Source: Methanobacteriota archaeon
GTDB taxonomy: Archaea > Thermoplasmatota > E2 > DHVEG-1
Direction of reading: 5' to 3'
Length of the DNA stretch: 64,000 bases
NCBI GenBank assembly: GCA_903877165.1
Contig: CAIRCU010000032.1
Location: 16,747-80,746 of the forward strand
In this document: positions 37,205 through 48,299 of the stretch, piece by piece
Position numbering within the stretch: position 1 is the first letter of the stretch
Layout of the letters: each line of letters begins with the position of its first letter
Program-made: the position numbers and the translations under genes
Notes under the pieces: model-generated
What the model saw: only the letters and a program-made list of their open reading frames with translations
Told to the model about the DNA's origin: nothing
Databases searched by the model: none

Positions 37205-39916
37205 ATGACCGACGCACCGCAGCAAGACCGCTACACCTCTCAGACGCAAGACGAGCTGCTAAGTCTGCTGCAGACCTCGCCCTCCGGCCTCACCCCGGCC
37301 CAGGCGGCGGACCGCCTCAAGACCCATGGGCTGAACGAACTCGAGAAAAAAAAGAAAAAATCCCTCATCGTCAAAGTCTTCGATGCCATGACCGAGGCGA
37401 TGACGGTCATCCTCATCATCGCCGCCCTGCTCTCCTTCTTCATCATCCACGACCTCCTCGAGGCGATCGCGATCCTCGGCGTCGTCATCATCAACACCAT
37501 CATCAGCCTCTACCAGGAAGGCAAAGCAGAGAAAGCAGCAGAGGAACTCCAGAAGATCCTCTCCCCGCAGTGCAAGGTCGTCCGCGACGGCAACGTCGAG
37601 GTCATCGCCTCCAAGTTCCTCGTCCCCGGCGACCTCATCACCTTTGAAGCCGGCGACATCATCCCCGCAGACGCCCGCATCATCCACGCCGCCGGATTGC
37701 TCATCGACGAGGCCCACCTCACCGGAGAAAGCGACCCCATCAGCAAGAACCAACATCCGCTCCCCGGACCGGACCTGAAGCTCTACGAGATGGCCAACAT
37801 GGTCTTCGCGGGCAGCAAAGTCCTCAACGGGCACGGCAGAGCCCTCGTCGTCAGCACAGGCAGCCGCAGCGAAATCGGCAAAATCGCGAAAAACATCCAG
37901 GAGACAGAAGACGACCTCACCCCGCTGCAAAAGAAGATGAACCGCGAGGTCAAAGTCCTCGTCGCCTTAGCCATCGCCAGCCTCATCCTCGTCCTCGTCA
38001 TCGGCATCATGCACAGCCAGGACATCGGCCAGACCGTGCTGCTGGGCATCAGCATCCTCGTCGCCGTCTTCCCCGAAGGCCTCCCCGCCTCCATGACCAT
38101 CGCCCTCTCACTCGCCATGGAGCGGTTAGCCAACAACAGCGTCATCATCAAACGTCTCAGCAGCGTCGAGACCCTCGGCAACGTCGACTACATCTGCACG
38201 GACAAGACCGGGACGATCACCACACACGACATGACCGTCAAAGAGCTCTTCATCAGCAACCGCTTCCGCACAATGGCAGACGTCTTCAAGATGAATGCCG
38301 TAGGGGAAGCAGACGTCCTCCACGCCCTCTTCCTCACCAGCGTCAAAGGCTCCACTGCCACCGTCGAAGAACAGGATGGTTCCTTCACCAAAGAAGTCGG
38401 CGACCCCACCGAGATCGCACTCATCAAGGCATCCTACCTCAACGGCTTCAAACCACAGGATTTCGCCAACCACAAGACCCTGGACACCCTCCCGTTCTCC
38501 TCCGAGCTGATGTACTCCGCGCTCCTCACCCGGGACTCTCGCGGACGTCGCGACATCTCCCTCAAGGGCGCGCCTGAGAAGATACTCGGCCTCTGCTCCA
38601 CTTACTACATCGACGGCCGAGTGGAACCGCTCACCGACCACATACGTCAGACCATCCATAATCATCTGACTTCCCGCGCCGAGAAAGGCTTCCGCCTCAT
38701 CGGGTTCGCCACAAAACCCGGGGTCACCCTTGACACATTCGCTGGAGCAAAGATCGACAGCTGCACGTTCCTTGCCACCGCCGTCCTCTACGACCCGCCG
38801 AAAGACGAAGTCAAGACCATGATCCAGGAGACCAAGGATGCGCACATCACCGTTGTTATGATCACTGGCGACAGCAAGAAGACCGGGTTCTCCATCGCGG
38901 AGAGCGTCGGCATCGCCGAATCCATGGACCAGGCGGTAGAAGGCCGAGACCTTGAAGCCATGAGCGAGGAGGAGTTCGACCAGAAGGTCGAGTCCCTGCG
39001 TGTATACAGTCGGGTGGCGCCGCTGGACAAACTGCGCATCGTCGACAAGCTCAAAGGCAAAGACCATATCGTCGCGATGACCGGAGACGGCGTCAACGAC
39101 GCCCCCGCGTTGAAGAAGGCGGATGTCGGCATCGCCATGGGCCGGGCAGGGACTCAGGTCGCCCAGGAGGCAGCGGACATCATCCTGACCGATGACAACT
39201 TCTCCACGATCGTCCGTGGGGTGGCGGAAGGCCGTCGGGTGTACCAGAACCTCAAGCGCCTCATCCAATACCTGCTGACGAACAACATCGGGAAAGTCGT
39301 AGGCGTTCTCGCGACGCCGCTCCTGGGGTTCCCGGCGCCGCTGCTGCCGCTGCAGCTATTGTGGTCCAACGTCGTCATGGAAAGCTTCCCGGGAGTCGGT
39401 ATCAGTACGGACACCGCGGATCCGAATCAGATGCGACGGCAGCCGTCGAAGATCTCAGAGCCGATCATCTCGCGGCGTCAGCGGATGAGGATGGTCCTGG
39501 ACGGCGTCCTGTTCGGCGTCTGCATCATGCTCGGCTACATCGTCTCGTGGCTGTATCTCGTGGATATCCGTGGGATGGCCGCGTTCTCTTCGGAGGTTAT
39601 GGCGCTGTCAGGGACCGTGGCGTTCGCGGTAACGCTCATCTCCCCGCAGATCTATATCTTCGCACTGCGTGCGGGCAGCATCAAGGAGAAGTTCACGCGT
39701 AAGAACCTGTTGCTCAAGGCGTTCTTCGTGATCACGATTGCGATGGTGATTGGGATCATCTATGTGCCTGCGCTGAATGAGATCTTCAAGACCCAGCCGA
39801 TCACCGATATGGTCCTGATCCTGTGCATCGTGGTCCTGTCGTGTGTCACGACTCTGGTGCGGCTGCTGCTGGGGAACGCTGGGTTTAGCGAGGTAGAACC
39901 AGGGTCGGCGGAATGA
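37205..39916 (+). CDS. cation-transporting P-type ATPase (P2-type, Ca2+/Na+-ATPase-like)
   Basis: ICTDKTGTIT phosphorylation motif. MITGDSKKTG. TGDGVNDAPALKKADVGIAMG. About 10 TM helices. Confidence 0.85.
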   Translation: MTDAPQQDRYTSQTQDELLSLLQTSPSGLTPAQAADRLKTHGLNELEKKKKKSLIVKVFDAMTEAMTVILIIAALLSFFIIHDLLEAIAILGVVIINTIISLYQEGKAEKAAEELQKILSPQCKVVRDGNVEVIASKFLVPGDLITFEAGDIIPADARIIHAAGLLIDEAHLTGESDPISKNQHPLPGPDLKLYEMANMVFAGSKVLNGHGRALVVSTGSRSEIGKIAKNIQETEDDLTPLQKKMNREVKVLVALAIASLILVLVIGIMHSQDIGQTVLLGISILVAVFPEGLPASMTIALSLAMERLANNSVIIKRLSSVETLGNVDYICTDKTGTITTHDMTVKELFISNRFRTMADVFKMNAVGEADVLHALFLTSVKGSTATVEEQDGSFTKEVGDPTEIALIKASYLNGFKPQDFANHKTLDTLPFSSELMYSALLTRDSRGRRDISLKGAPEKILGLCSTYYIDGRVEPLTDHIRQTIHNHLTSRAEKGFRLIGFATKPGVTLDTFAGAKIDSCTFLATAVLYDPPKDEVKTMIQETKDAHITVVMITGDSKKTGFSIAESVGIAESMDQAVEGRDLEAMSEEEFDQKVESLRVYSRVAPLDKLRIVDKLKGKDHIVAMTGDGVNDAPALKKADVGIAMGRAGTQVAQEAADIILTDDNFSTIVRGVAEGRRVYQNLKRLIQYLLTNNIGKVVGVLATPLLGFPAPLLPLQLLWSNVVMESFPGVGISTDTADPNQMRRQPSKISEPIISRRQRMRMVLDGVLFGVCIMLGYIVSWLYLVDIRGMAAFSSEVMALSGTVAFAVTLISPQIYIFALRAGSIKEKFTRKNLLLKAFFVITIAMVIGIIYVPALNEIFKTQPITDMVLILCIVVLSCVTTLVRLLLGNAGFSEVEPGSAE

Positions 39917-39922
39917 TATTAA

Positions 39923-40405
39923 ATGGAGGAAAGCATGTCAGGTGATGGAGTGAGGGTTATGGAAGCGCGACCATCGTACGATGAGTACTTCATGGAGATG
40001 GCGCAAGTCGTCTCCAAGCGCAGCACGTGCCTGCGCCGCCGGGTAGGCGCGATCCTAGTCAAGGACAAACACATCCTGAGCACCGGCTACAACGGCGCCC
40101 CGAAGGGGATGAAGCATTGCGAGGAGGTCGGCTGCCTGCGGGAGGACCTGCATATCCCGTCCGGGGAGCGCCATGAGTTGTGCCGTGGTTTGCATGCGGA
40201 GCAGAACGCGATCATCCAGGCCGCGGTCTTCGGAACGTCGATTAAAGGCTCGATGCTGTATTGCACGAACGTCCCCTGCGTGGTCTGCGTGAAGATGCTG
40301 ATCAACGCGGGCGTGACAGAGATTGTCTACTCTGGAGACTATCCGGACGATTTGGCGAAGAAAATGCTGGACGAGAGCGGGTTAAAAATAAAAAGATTTA
40401 AATAA
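39923..40405 (+). CDS. dCMP deaminase (cytidine/deoxycytidylate deaminase family)
   Basis: HAEQNAI zinc-binding motif and PCVVCVKML second zinc motif. Confidence 0.75.
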   Translation: MEESMSGDGVRVMEARPSYDEYFMEMAQVVSKRSTCLRRRVGAILVKDKHILSTGYNGAPKGMKHCEEVGCLREDLHIPSGERHELCRGLHAEQNAIIQAAVFGTSIKGSMLYCTNVPCVVCVKMLINAGVTEIVYSGDYPDDLAKKMLDESGLKIKRFK

Positions 40406-40485
40406 TAACCATGGCTATAAAAATTTCATGAAAAATTGGAAAAATATATATACATCAGAATTGATTTATTTTTCGAGGAGAACGT

Positions 40486-40872
40486 ATGAAACGGAAGAAA
40501 TCGTTTGTGTTGGATGACAAAGACTACAAAGCAGTCCAGCTCTTCACCGAACTTGGGATGCCAAAGAACCTAGCCAAGACTCTTTTATATATCTCCCAGG
40601 TAGATGAATGCCGCTCCGCCGACGTCGAACAGGGAGCAGACCTCCGCCAACCCGAAGTCAGCGTTGCCATGCAAGAACTCCGACGCCGCGGCTGGGCCAA
40701 GAAGCGAGACATCAAGAAGAAAGGCAAAGGCCGCCCCGTCCACCTGTACAAGCTTACCGCCGACCTCCCCCAGATCTTGAAAAGCTTCGAGAAAGACAAG
40801 ATGAAGGAAGTGGAGAACATCCGCGGAGACCTCGATCAGCTTCACCAGCTCATCACCAGCATGGAAAAGTAG
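40486..40872 (+). CDS. winged-helix DNA-binding protein, putative transcriptional regulator
   Basis: Helix-turn-helix followed by KGKGRPVHLYKLT wing. Confidence 0.45.
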   Translation: MKRKKSFVLDDKDYKAVQLFTELGMPKNLAKTLLYISQVDECRSADVEQGADLRQPEVSVAMQELRRRGWAKKRDIKKKGKGRPVHLYKLTADLPQILKSFEKDKMKEVENIRGDLDQLHQLITSMEK

Positions 40873-40951
40873 GGGAACCATCAGCCCCCTTCTTTTCCGC
40901 AATTTCATCCTTCTCTGTATTATTACTGTGTCTTATCGATGAGGGTTTCCT

Positions 40952-42043
40952 ATGACATCTCGCGTCAAGACCGTCTTCTCCCATTGCCCAAACCCAGTGG
41001 ACGCGATCCTGGTGAAGAACGGCACCGAACCGATCCTGGATGAGAACTTCTTCTACCTCACGGGCCTCGTCCAGGGGATCTTTGAAGGCTGCCTCGCCGT
41101 CGCGTACCCCGACGGGCGCGTGGAGGCGGTCGTCTCCGAGCTCGAGGCGCAAAGCGCCAAGAGAACCACGGCTTCCGTCAGCGTCTACCGCACGAAACAA
41201 GAATTCAGGGACATACTCAGTCGGCTCCTCGGCCCTATGAGAAGCATTGGGATCAACGCGGAGGGGCTGACCGTCCGCGACCATGAATCCCTGAAAAAAC
41301 TTCTGACGAAGGCCGAGTTCGTCGACGTGTCAGCGGCGTTCACCGCCGCACGGCTCGTCAAAGACACCGAAGAGCTCGACCGGATCCGTACAGCCTGCGG
41401 GATCGCCGACCGGGTCGCCGAGGCGCTTCCGGACATTATTTCCGAGGGGATGACGGAGAACGGCCTGGCCGCGGAGATCGATTACAGCCTCCTCAAGGAG
41501 GGAGCGGACCGGCCATCGTTCGATACGATTTCGTCCTGCGGGGCGAACACCGCGGAGCCACACTACGGCCACGGGGACGTTCCCCTGAAGCCAGGTGACT
41601 TTGTGCTCTGTGATTTCGGGGCTCTGCATCAGCGGTATGCCAGTGATCTGACGCGGACATGGGTACTTGGGACTTCGACTGCGCAGCAGCGCGCGATGTA
41701 CGAGGTAGTCCTCCAGGCGCAGCAGAAGGCGTTCGACGCGATTGCCCCCGGGGTGCCTGCGGGTATGGTGGACGTTGCGGCGCGCACGGTCATCGACAGT
41801 TCTGCGTTCAAGGATCGGTTCATTCATTCCACGGGGCATAGCCTTGGGCTTGCGGTCCACGATGGTGAGCGGTTCAGTGCTGAGGCGAAATTCATGCTAC
41901 AGGAAAACATGGTGTTCACGGTGGAACCCGGGGTGTATCTTCCCGGTGTTGGTGGTGTTCGTCTCGAGGACGACATCCGGGTCACATCGCGTGGGTGCGA
42001 GGTGTTGACGAAGTCAGGCAAGGTCTTCACTGAGCTGTCGTGA
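40952..42043 (+). CDS. M24-family Xaa-Pro aminopeptidase/dipeptidase
   Basis: HSTGHSLGLAVHD and VFTVEPGVY...VRLEDD metal-binding motifs of the pita-bread fold. Confidence 0.75.
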   Translation: MTSRVKTVFSHCPNPVDAILVKNGTEPILDENFFYLTGLVQGIFEGCLAVAYPDGRVEAVVSELEAQSAKRTTASVSVYRTKQEFRDILSRLLGPMRSIGINAEGLTVRDHESLKKLLTKAEFVDVSAAFTAARLVKDTEELDRIRTACGIADRVAEALPDIISEGMTENGLAAEIDYSLLKEGADRPSFDTISSCGANTAEPHYGHGDVPLKPGDFVLCDFGALHQRYASDLTRTWVLGTSTAQQRAMYEVVLQAQQKAFDAIAPGVPAGMVDVAARTVIDSSAFKDRFIHSTGHSLGLAVHDGERFSAEAKFMLQENMVFTVEPGVYLPGVGGVRLEDDIRVTSRGCEVLTKSGKVFTELS

Positions 42044-42118
42044 AAAAAGGCTCATGGGAGCAGCCAGAGAATGCTGGCGGGTGCCCAGGAGAGTCTGTTG
42101 TGTGTCGGCTAGGCTGGT

Positions 42119-42358
42119 TTATTCCTTGACGCGTTTGTAGGTCCAGTTGATCTCCTGGTTGATTTTACGGTACAGTTGCGCGCCGCGTTCCAGGGTCTTT
42201 TTTTCTTCGAGGACCTCGAAGGCTTCGTCGGCGAGGATCTTGAGCGCCTCGCGGATTTCTTTGCGGTTCGACTTCAGCAGGTCGATGCCGACATGGAGCA
42301 GCTCATCGACAATCTCGGTGATGTTCTCTCCTTCGATGCTGATGTTGATTTTCACCAT
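42119..42358 (-). CDS. hypothetical small helical protein
   Basis: 79-aa ORF with native GC3 bias. No recognisable motif. Overlaps only the spurious 5' extension of the CDF ORF. Confidence 0.25.
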   Translation of the reverse strand: MVKINISIEGENITEIVDELLHVGIDLLKSNRKEIREALKILADEAFEVLEEKKTLERGAQLYRKINQEINWTYKRVKE

Positions 42359-42466
42359 CGTTTTTCCCTCAACGTTCGGACTGGTGGTTTCATGGGGTCG
42401 GATTCTTATATACCTTTGCGTCGAAACCTTTTTGAGGAACGCAGGTACTGCGTGGGAACTGTTGAC

Positions 42467-43366
42467 ATGAAGAACACGGTGTCGTCGGTGCGGATGGAAC
42501 GGCTCGCCGCGGTCACGACGCTGTCGCTTGTAGGCTTCGGCGTCGTGCAGATCCTCCTTGGGGAGATTGTCTCAAGGAGTGTCGTGTTGACTGCGAACGG
42601 AATCGACTGCATCGGGGATGGGTTCGTCTCCGGGATCGTCTGGGCCGGCTTGCTGTTTGTGAAGAAACCGGCGAACGAACGGTTCCACTTCGGGTACTAT
42701 AAGTTTGAGAATCTCGCATCGCTTGCCGCGGCAATCGTGATGTTCATCTTAGCGACGTACATCATCGTGCGGTCCTATTACCAGATGCTTACGCCGCAGC
42801 AGGTGCAGGCGCCGATGCTCGGGGCGGTCGTCGCCGCAGCGAGCGCAGTCGTCGCCCTCGGGCTCGGTGCGTACAAATATCGTCTCGGGAAACAAAGTAA
42901 GCTGAGTTCCGCACGGCTCGAAGCGGTGAACACGATAAAGGATGGGACGACGTCGTCGCTGACGGTGCTCACCCTGCTGTTGGTCTCGCTGGGGTACAAC
43001 TTCGATCCGTACGTAGGCTTCATTCTCGCGGCAATCATCTACACAGTCGGTGTGGCCGCGGTCAGGGAATCCGGGTTCATTCTGCTCGATGCCTGCGATG
43101 GGCAGTGCATGACGCTGGGCGGCGTGATCCAGCAGGTGGCGATGCAGATCCCTGGTGTGCAGAAGGCGCGGGTGGTGCGGCTGCGGCAGACCGGCCCAGT
43201 GTTCTTCGGTGAGATCGAACTCACGGTGCCTCGGAGTATGACGGTAATGCAGTTCGAGGCGATTCGCGAGGAGGTCATTGCACGGGCGAAGGAGCGGATG
43301 CCGAGCATCGAGCATCTCTCGGTCGTCTCGCGGCCCGCGGACGAGTCGCCGGGTGCGCAGGCGTGA
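42467..43366 (+). CDS. cation diffusion facilitator (CDF) family metal efflux transporter
   Basis: Six TM helices with C-terminal cytoplasmic domain. Start placed at internal ATG MKNTVSS. The upstream 97 codons of the track ORF overlap the opposite-strand gene. Confidence 0.75.
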   Translation: MKNTVSSVRMERLAAVTTLSLVGFGVVQILLGEIVSRSVVLTANGIDCIGDGFVSGIVWAGLLFVKKPANERFHFGYYKFENLASLAAAIVMFILATYIIVRSYYQMLTPQQVQAPMLGAVVAAASAVVALGLGAYKYRLGKQSKLSSARLEAVNTIKDGTTSSLTVLTLLLVSLGYNFDPYVGFILAAIIYTVGVAAVRESGFILLDACDGQCMTLGGVIQQVAMQIPGVQKARVVRLRQTGPVFFGEIELTVPRSMTVMQFEAIREEVIARAKERMPSIEHLSVVSRPADESPGAQA

Positions 43367-43789
43367 TTATTTGGTGTTGAGGCGTTCGTGGAGTTTGACG
43401 ACGGCTTCGACGACGGCTTTAGCGCGGTCAATGCGGTCTTGGGCTTGCAGTCTGGTCATCCCTGGTCCGGAGATGCCGAGTCCCACGGGTTTGCCGTATT
43501 CGACGGCGAGGTCCGCGATTTTCCGTGCGGCGTTCTGGATGACGATTTCGTCGTGACTGGTCTCGCCTTCGATGACGGCGCCGAGGGTGATGACGCCGTC
43601 GATGTCTTTGCGTTCAAGGAGTTTCTTGACGGCGAGTCCCATGTCGAAGACGCCGGGGACTTGGATGGTTCGGGTGATCTTGGCGCCGAGGAATTCCGCG
43701 TGTTCGGTCGCCTGCTGCAGCATCATCATGGTGATGTCGTAGTTGAACTCGGCGACGACGGCACCGATGCGTATGGGTTCTTTTGGCAT
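43367..43789 (-). CDS. ribH: 6,7-dimethyl-8-ribityllumazine synthase
   Basis: RIGAVVAEFNYDIT...ITLGAVIEGETSH lumazine synthase signature. Confidence 0.8.
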   Translation of the reverse strand: MPKEPIRIGAVVAEFNYDITMMMLQQATEHAEFLGAKITRTIQVPGVFDMGLAVKKLLERKDIDGVITLGAVIEGETSHDEIVIQNAARKIADLAVEYGKPVGLGISGPGMTRLQAQDRIDRAKAVVEAVVKLHERLNTK

Positions 43790-43819
43790 AGGGTCTTCCT
43801 ACCTTCTCTTTGTGTTGGT

Positions 43820-44728
<909 letters not shown>

Positions 44729-44750
<22 letters not shown>

Positions 44751-45436
44751 GCCTCGATGATTTCTTTTCCCTCTAGATAGGTGAGGTGGTGGTCGTCTGC
44801 GTAGCGTACCGCCTGGTCTTTGGCGAGGGCTTTGCCGCTGTCTCCCATCATCTCGCAGCCGGTGCCGACCGGGATGAGGCCCGCCATGAGCAGGAGGGCG
44901 ACGGTCAGTTCGGTGTGGCCTTGTCTGTTGGCGACGAGGCCTGGTGAGGCCGCGCAGATGGGGACGTGGCCGGGTGTGCGGAAGAGGCTGCCGAAGCGCT
45001 GGCGTGCCGCGGCCTGGTCGAGTCGTTGGATTTGGGCTGCGAGCTGGGCGAAGGCCTTGATGGTGAGGCTGCGGTCGATGTCCGTGATGCCGGTGAAGGT
45101 CTTGCGGTGGTTGATGTAGAGTGAGAAGGAGGATTTGGTGTCGTACGGGATGTCGTTGGCGACGAGTTGGCCCAGTACTGGGTAGTCTTTTTGGCTTGTT
45201 TTGAAGAGGTCGGTGAGGAAGGGGAGTCCAAGGTGGGTGGCGGTGTTGGGTGCGACCATGAGGATGATGAGGCCGCCGCCGTCTTTGCGCATCTGGCGGA
45301 CTGCTTCTGGTGTGGCGAACTGGGCTGCCATGACGAGGTCGGTTTCGCCTTCGCGGCTGACGCTATCGAAGATTTGGACGAAGCGGCCGGTGCGCAGGTC
45401 CTCACAGGCTTGTTGCAGTATCGTAGTGAGAATAAT
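44729..45436 (-). CDS. ribB: 3,4-dihydroxy-2-butanone 4-phosphate synthase
   Basis: DSVSREGETDLVMAAQFATPE and RQGHTELTVAL DHBP-synthase motifs. The conserved N-terminus lies upstream of the first ATG (45331). No ATG/GTG/TTG occurs before the in-frame stop at ~45446, so the 5' end is uncertain. Confidence 0.7.
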
Positions 45437-45488
45437 GACTCCACCCTAAGGGATGGCAAAGGTAGAGAGAAAATAAAACTTGGGGTGC

Positions 45489-45707
45489 TACTCAGAAATG
45501 GGTGGGCTGCTGATGGGTTGTTTGTGCGAGACGACATACCGGGTGGCGTAGCCGGCGATGCGGTTGCGCAGCAGCTTGGTGCTACCGATGGAGAACTTCG
45601 CGACCATCAGCTTGTTGTTCTGAAAATCAGTATTGAACTGGTCTGGGTATTTCTTGACGAGTTCGATAGCGACGTTCTTGATGTGTGCCGATCTGATGTT
45701 TCCCAGG
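45489..45707 (-). CDS. rps17e: ribosomal protein eS17 (S17e); apparent CTG at the start position
   Basis: Manual translation LGNIRSAHIKNVAIELVKKYPDQFNTDFQNNKLMVAKFSIGSTKLLRNRIAGYATRYVV... matches the eS17 family (MGNIR..., NKK..., LRNKIAGY). Not in the ORF track because no canonical start exists between the in-frame stop and the conserved N-terminus. Confidence 0.55.
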
Positions 45708-45822
45708 GTATCACCTTGTAGGGAGAGTGGTATAGCCTCATGTTATTTAAATCTATCCGGGCTGCCTCTGATAAAATCTATTTCGAAGTGTCGGTAATAG
45801 GCCGATCGTGCAAATCGTGGAC

Positions 45823-47082
45823 TTATACGCCGGAGGCTCCGTAGTAAGCTTTTCTGTCGAACTCTAAGCCGATCGTCATTTCTTCCTTGATGACCTCTCC
45901 GAGCCGCTTGATTCCCTCGCGGATCACATCATCATCAGAATACGAGAAGTTCAGCCGCATGCTGTTGCTGTTGCTGCCATCCGGGTAGAACGTGTCACCG
46001 ATCACGTACGCGACCTTCTGGGCCAGCGCACGCTTGAACATGTGCCGAGTGTTCACGGACTTCGGCAGCGTCACCCACAAGAACATGCCGCCGTTGGGCA
46101 CCGTCCACTTCGCATCCTTGGGGAAGTACTGCTGCAGCGCCTCGATCATCACGTCACGCTTGTGCTTGTACAACACGCGGATCGTCTCTACCTGCTTGTC
46201 TAGGTACCCGCCTTTCACGTACTCGTACGCCACGTACTGCGTGAACACGTTGCTGCACAGGTCCATGGACTGTTTCGTCTGCGCGAACTTCGTGATGATA
46301 TCCTCGGAGGCGACGACCCACGCGAGCCGGAACCCAGGCGCGAGGATCTTTGAGAACGTGCTGATGTAGATGACACGGCCCTTCGTATCGAACGACTTGA
46401 TCGGCGGGATCTGCTCCCCGTCGAAGATCAAATCCCCGTACGGGTCGTCCTCGATGATGAGGAAATCATAGTCCGATGCGATCTCCAGCAGCTCCTTGCG
46501 GTGCTCCACCGGGATCGACTCACCGGACGGGTTCTGGCACGTCGCCACCGTATACAAGAACTTCGGGATCACACCGGTGCGGTTCAACCGCTTCAGGTTC
46601 CGCCGAAGACTATCCATGTTGATGCCGCTATGGTCAATGGGGATCGACTCGCAGTTCGCGCCGAACGCCTGGAACGCCTGCAGAGCACCCAGATACGTCG
46701 GTGCGCTCGTGATGAACGTATCACCCATGTCAAGGAAGTTGAACGCCACGAAGCTAATCGCCTGCTGCGCCCCGCTCGTGATCAACAGGTCGTAGGGCGT
46801 GCAGTCGATCTTCTTCTCTTTGCGCATCCGGTCAGAAAGCACGCTGCGCAGCATCGGCAGACCCTCGGTCGTCCCGTACTGTAGCGCGTTGTTGATGTTG
46901 TTCTTAAAGACCTTCTCGATGCACTCATGGATCGCGTCGACAGGGAACGCCTGAGGGTTCGGCAGACCGCCCGCAAGCGAAATGAAATCCCCGCTCTGGG
47001 TGAGTTTCAGGAGTTCTCTGATTTCTGAGGATTTCAGAAGCTTAGACCGTGACGAAAACAGTCGGTCATAGTTTACGACCAT
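45823..47082 (-). CDS. class I/II PLP aminotransferase (LysN/ArAT/AspAT-like)
   Basis: SSEIRELLKL...GGLPNPQAFP N-terminal motif. Later K-containing SFSK and YV..G motifs. Start placed at internal MVVNYDRLFS. The track ORF extends to 47205. Confidence 0.7.
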   Translation of the reverse strand: MVVNYDRLFSSRSKLLKSSEIRELLKLTQSGDFISLAGGLPNPQAFPVDAIHECIEKVFKNNINNALQYGTTEGLPMLRSVLSDRMRKEKKIDCTPYDLLITSGAQQAISFVAFNFLDMGDTFITSAPTYLGALQAFQAFGANCESIPIDHSGINMDSLRRNLKRLNRTGVIPKFLYTVATCQNPSGESIPVEHRKELLEIASDYDFLIIEDDPYGDLIFDGEQIPPIKSFDTKGRVIYISTFSKILAPGFRLAWVVASEDIITKFAQTKQSMDLCSNVFTQYVAYEYVKGGYLDKQVETIRVLYKHKRDVMIEALQQYFPKDAKWTVPNGGMFLWVTLPKSVNTRHMFKRALAQKVAYVIGDTFYPDGSNSNSMRLNFSYSDDDVIREGIKRLGEVIKEEMTIGLEFDRKAYYGASGV

Positions 47083-47272
47083 ACCAATGACCCCGGGGGT
47101 GTAATTCAAGAGGTGGTATTTAGTAGTTTGTCCTCCCTTTCCCATGGAGCTATTAAAGAGACCGCCACGTCCATCCAGTCCTGCCCACTGATTATCCTTA
47201 CCCAATATCGCTAAAAAGAAAGGCTAAGAGCAACCAACGACCCACGACGCATACATCGAGGTAAAACGTGAA

Positions 47273-48199
47273 TTAGCTTGAGACGACCATGCCCCTGCCG
47301 ACGAGATGCACCTTCTTCGCGTTCAAATCCAGCAGCAGGAACCTCTCCGACGCCATGAACCCGACCGGCTTCTCCAACCCAAGCGTGATGCTCCCGTTGT
47401 TCACCGACGTCACCGACGCGGGCACCGTCTGCATCCCCACCGCGACATGGAACAGCCCGGTCTTCACCTCGGGGTAGTACCGGTTCTTCGTAAACGACAA
47501 GGTCACCGAGCTTGCTGTTCTCGCGGCGCCGTTTGCGCACAGCAGAGACCCACGCTTCATCTCCTCGACCGTCGCATCCTTGATAAGTAGGCCGACGCGG
47601 GATCCCGCAGCCGCCTCCTCGAAATCCATATCCTGCATCTGAATCGACCGCACCAAGACATCCTTATCCGCGGGCAGCAGCCGCAGCGTATCATGCCGAT
47701 GCACGGTCCCTTGCTTGACGAACCCAAGAATAACCTCGCCGACGCCCTTGACGCTGAACGAGTGATCCACAGAAACCACGGTCGGCGACGCAGCATCACG
47801 CACCACAGCCATCGACGATAAACACTCCAGAATCTCCGTCGGTTTGCGCTCCAGGATATGAAACGACGACAATATCGTCCCCTGCACCATCGCCGCGACC
47901 CGCTCACGGTCCGCATACAACGGCAGCACCAATATCCCCTCCCTCACCCCCATCGCGTCCAACAAGAGCACCGTCTCGCCGAACTCCGCGGAGATCACCT
48001 CGCACGATACCACGGCCGCGTCGATCGCCGACGCAATCTGACTTTTCACCGTAATCTTCTCCGCAGCCGGCGCCAGGAACGTGAAGATCCGCTCATCGGT
48101 CTTCCGGTTGAACATCAACACATCACTCGCAGTACCCTTCTTGCCCAGCTCCCGGGCCAACGCATCATCGTGAAAGACCCCAACTGCCAGATGGTCCAT
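47273..48199 (-). CDS. EF-Tu/aEF1A-like protein with degenerate GTP-binding domain
   Basis: Clear EF-Tu domain 2 and 3 pattern (VDHSFSVKGVGEVILGFVKQGTV...AAGSRVGLLIKDATVEEMKRGSLL). The G1 position reads GVFHDDAL instead of GHVDHGKS, with no DxxG/NKxD. Confidence 0.5.
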   Translation of the reverse strand: MDHLAVGVFHDDALARELGKKGTASDVLMFNRKTDERIFTFLAPAAEKITVKSQIASAIDAAVVSCEVISAEFGETVLLLDAMGVREGILVLPLYADRERVAAMVQGTILSSFHILERKPTEILECLSSMAVVRDAASPTVVSVDHSFSVKGVGEVILGFVKQGTVHRHDTLRLLPADKDVLVRSIQMQDMDFEEAAAGSRVGLLIKDATVEEMKRGSLLCANGAARTASSVTLSFTKNRYYPEVKTGLFHVAVGMQTVPASVTSVNNGSITLGLEKPVGFMASERFLLLDLNAKKVHLVGRGMVVSS

Positions 48200-48299
48200 G
48201 CCCCACCCCAACCACATCCCCCAGATAAAGATTAGCCCTAGATCATCGATACGTATATGAGTACACACCCATTTCTACACCAGAGAGGGGACCACCACC

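Noticed and set aside
38126-39268. 380-aa minus-strand ORF antisense to the P-type ATPase
   Set aside because: Asp/Gly/Val low-complexity translation. The sense strand carries DKTGT and GDGVNDAPAL motifs.
42176-42466. 97-codon N-terminal extension of the CDF transporter ORF
   Set aside because: It overlaps the opposite-strand ORF 42119..42358 and lacks hydrophobic helices. The internal ATG at 42467 precedes TM1 and gives a normal CDF length.
44905-45537. 210-aa Ser/Thr/Pro/Ala-rich minus ORF spanning ribB
   Set aside because: Alternate frame of ribB. The frame with DHBP-synthase motifs is the other one.
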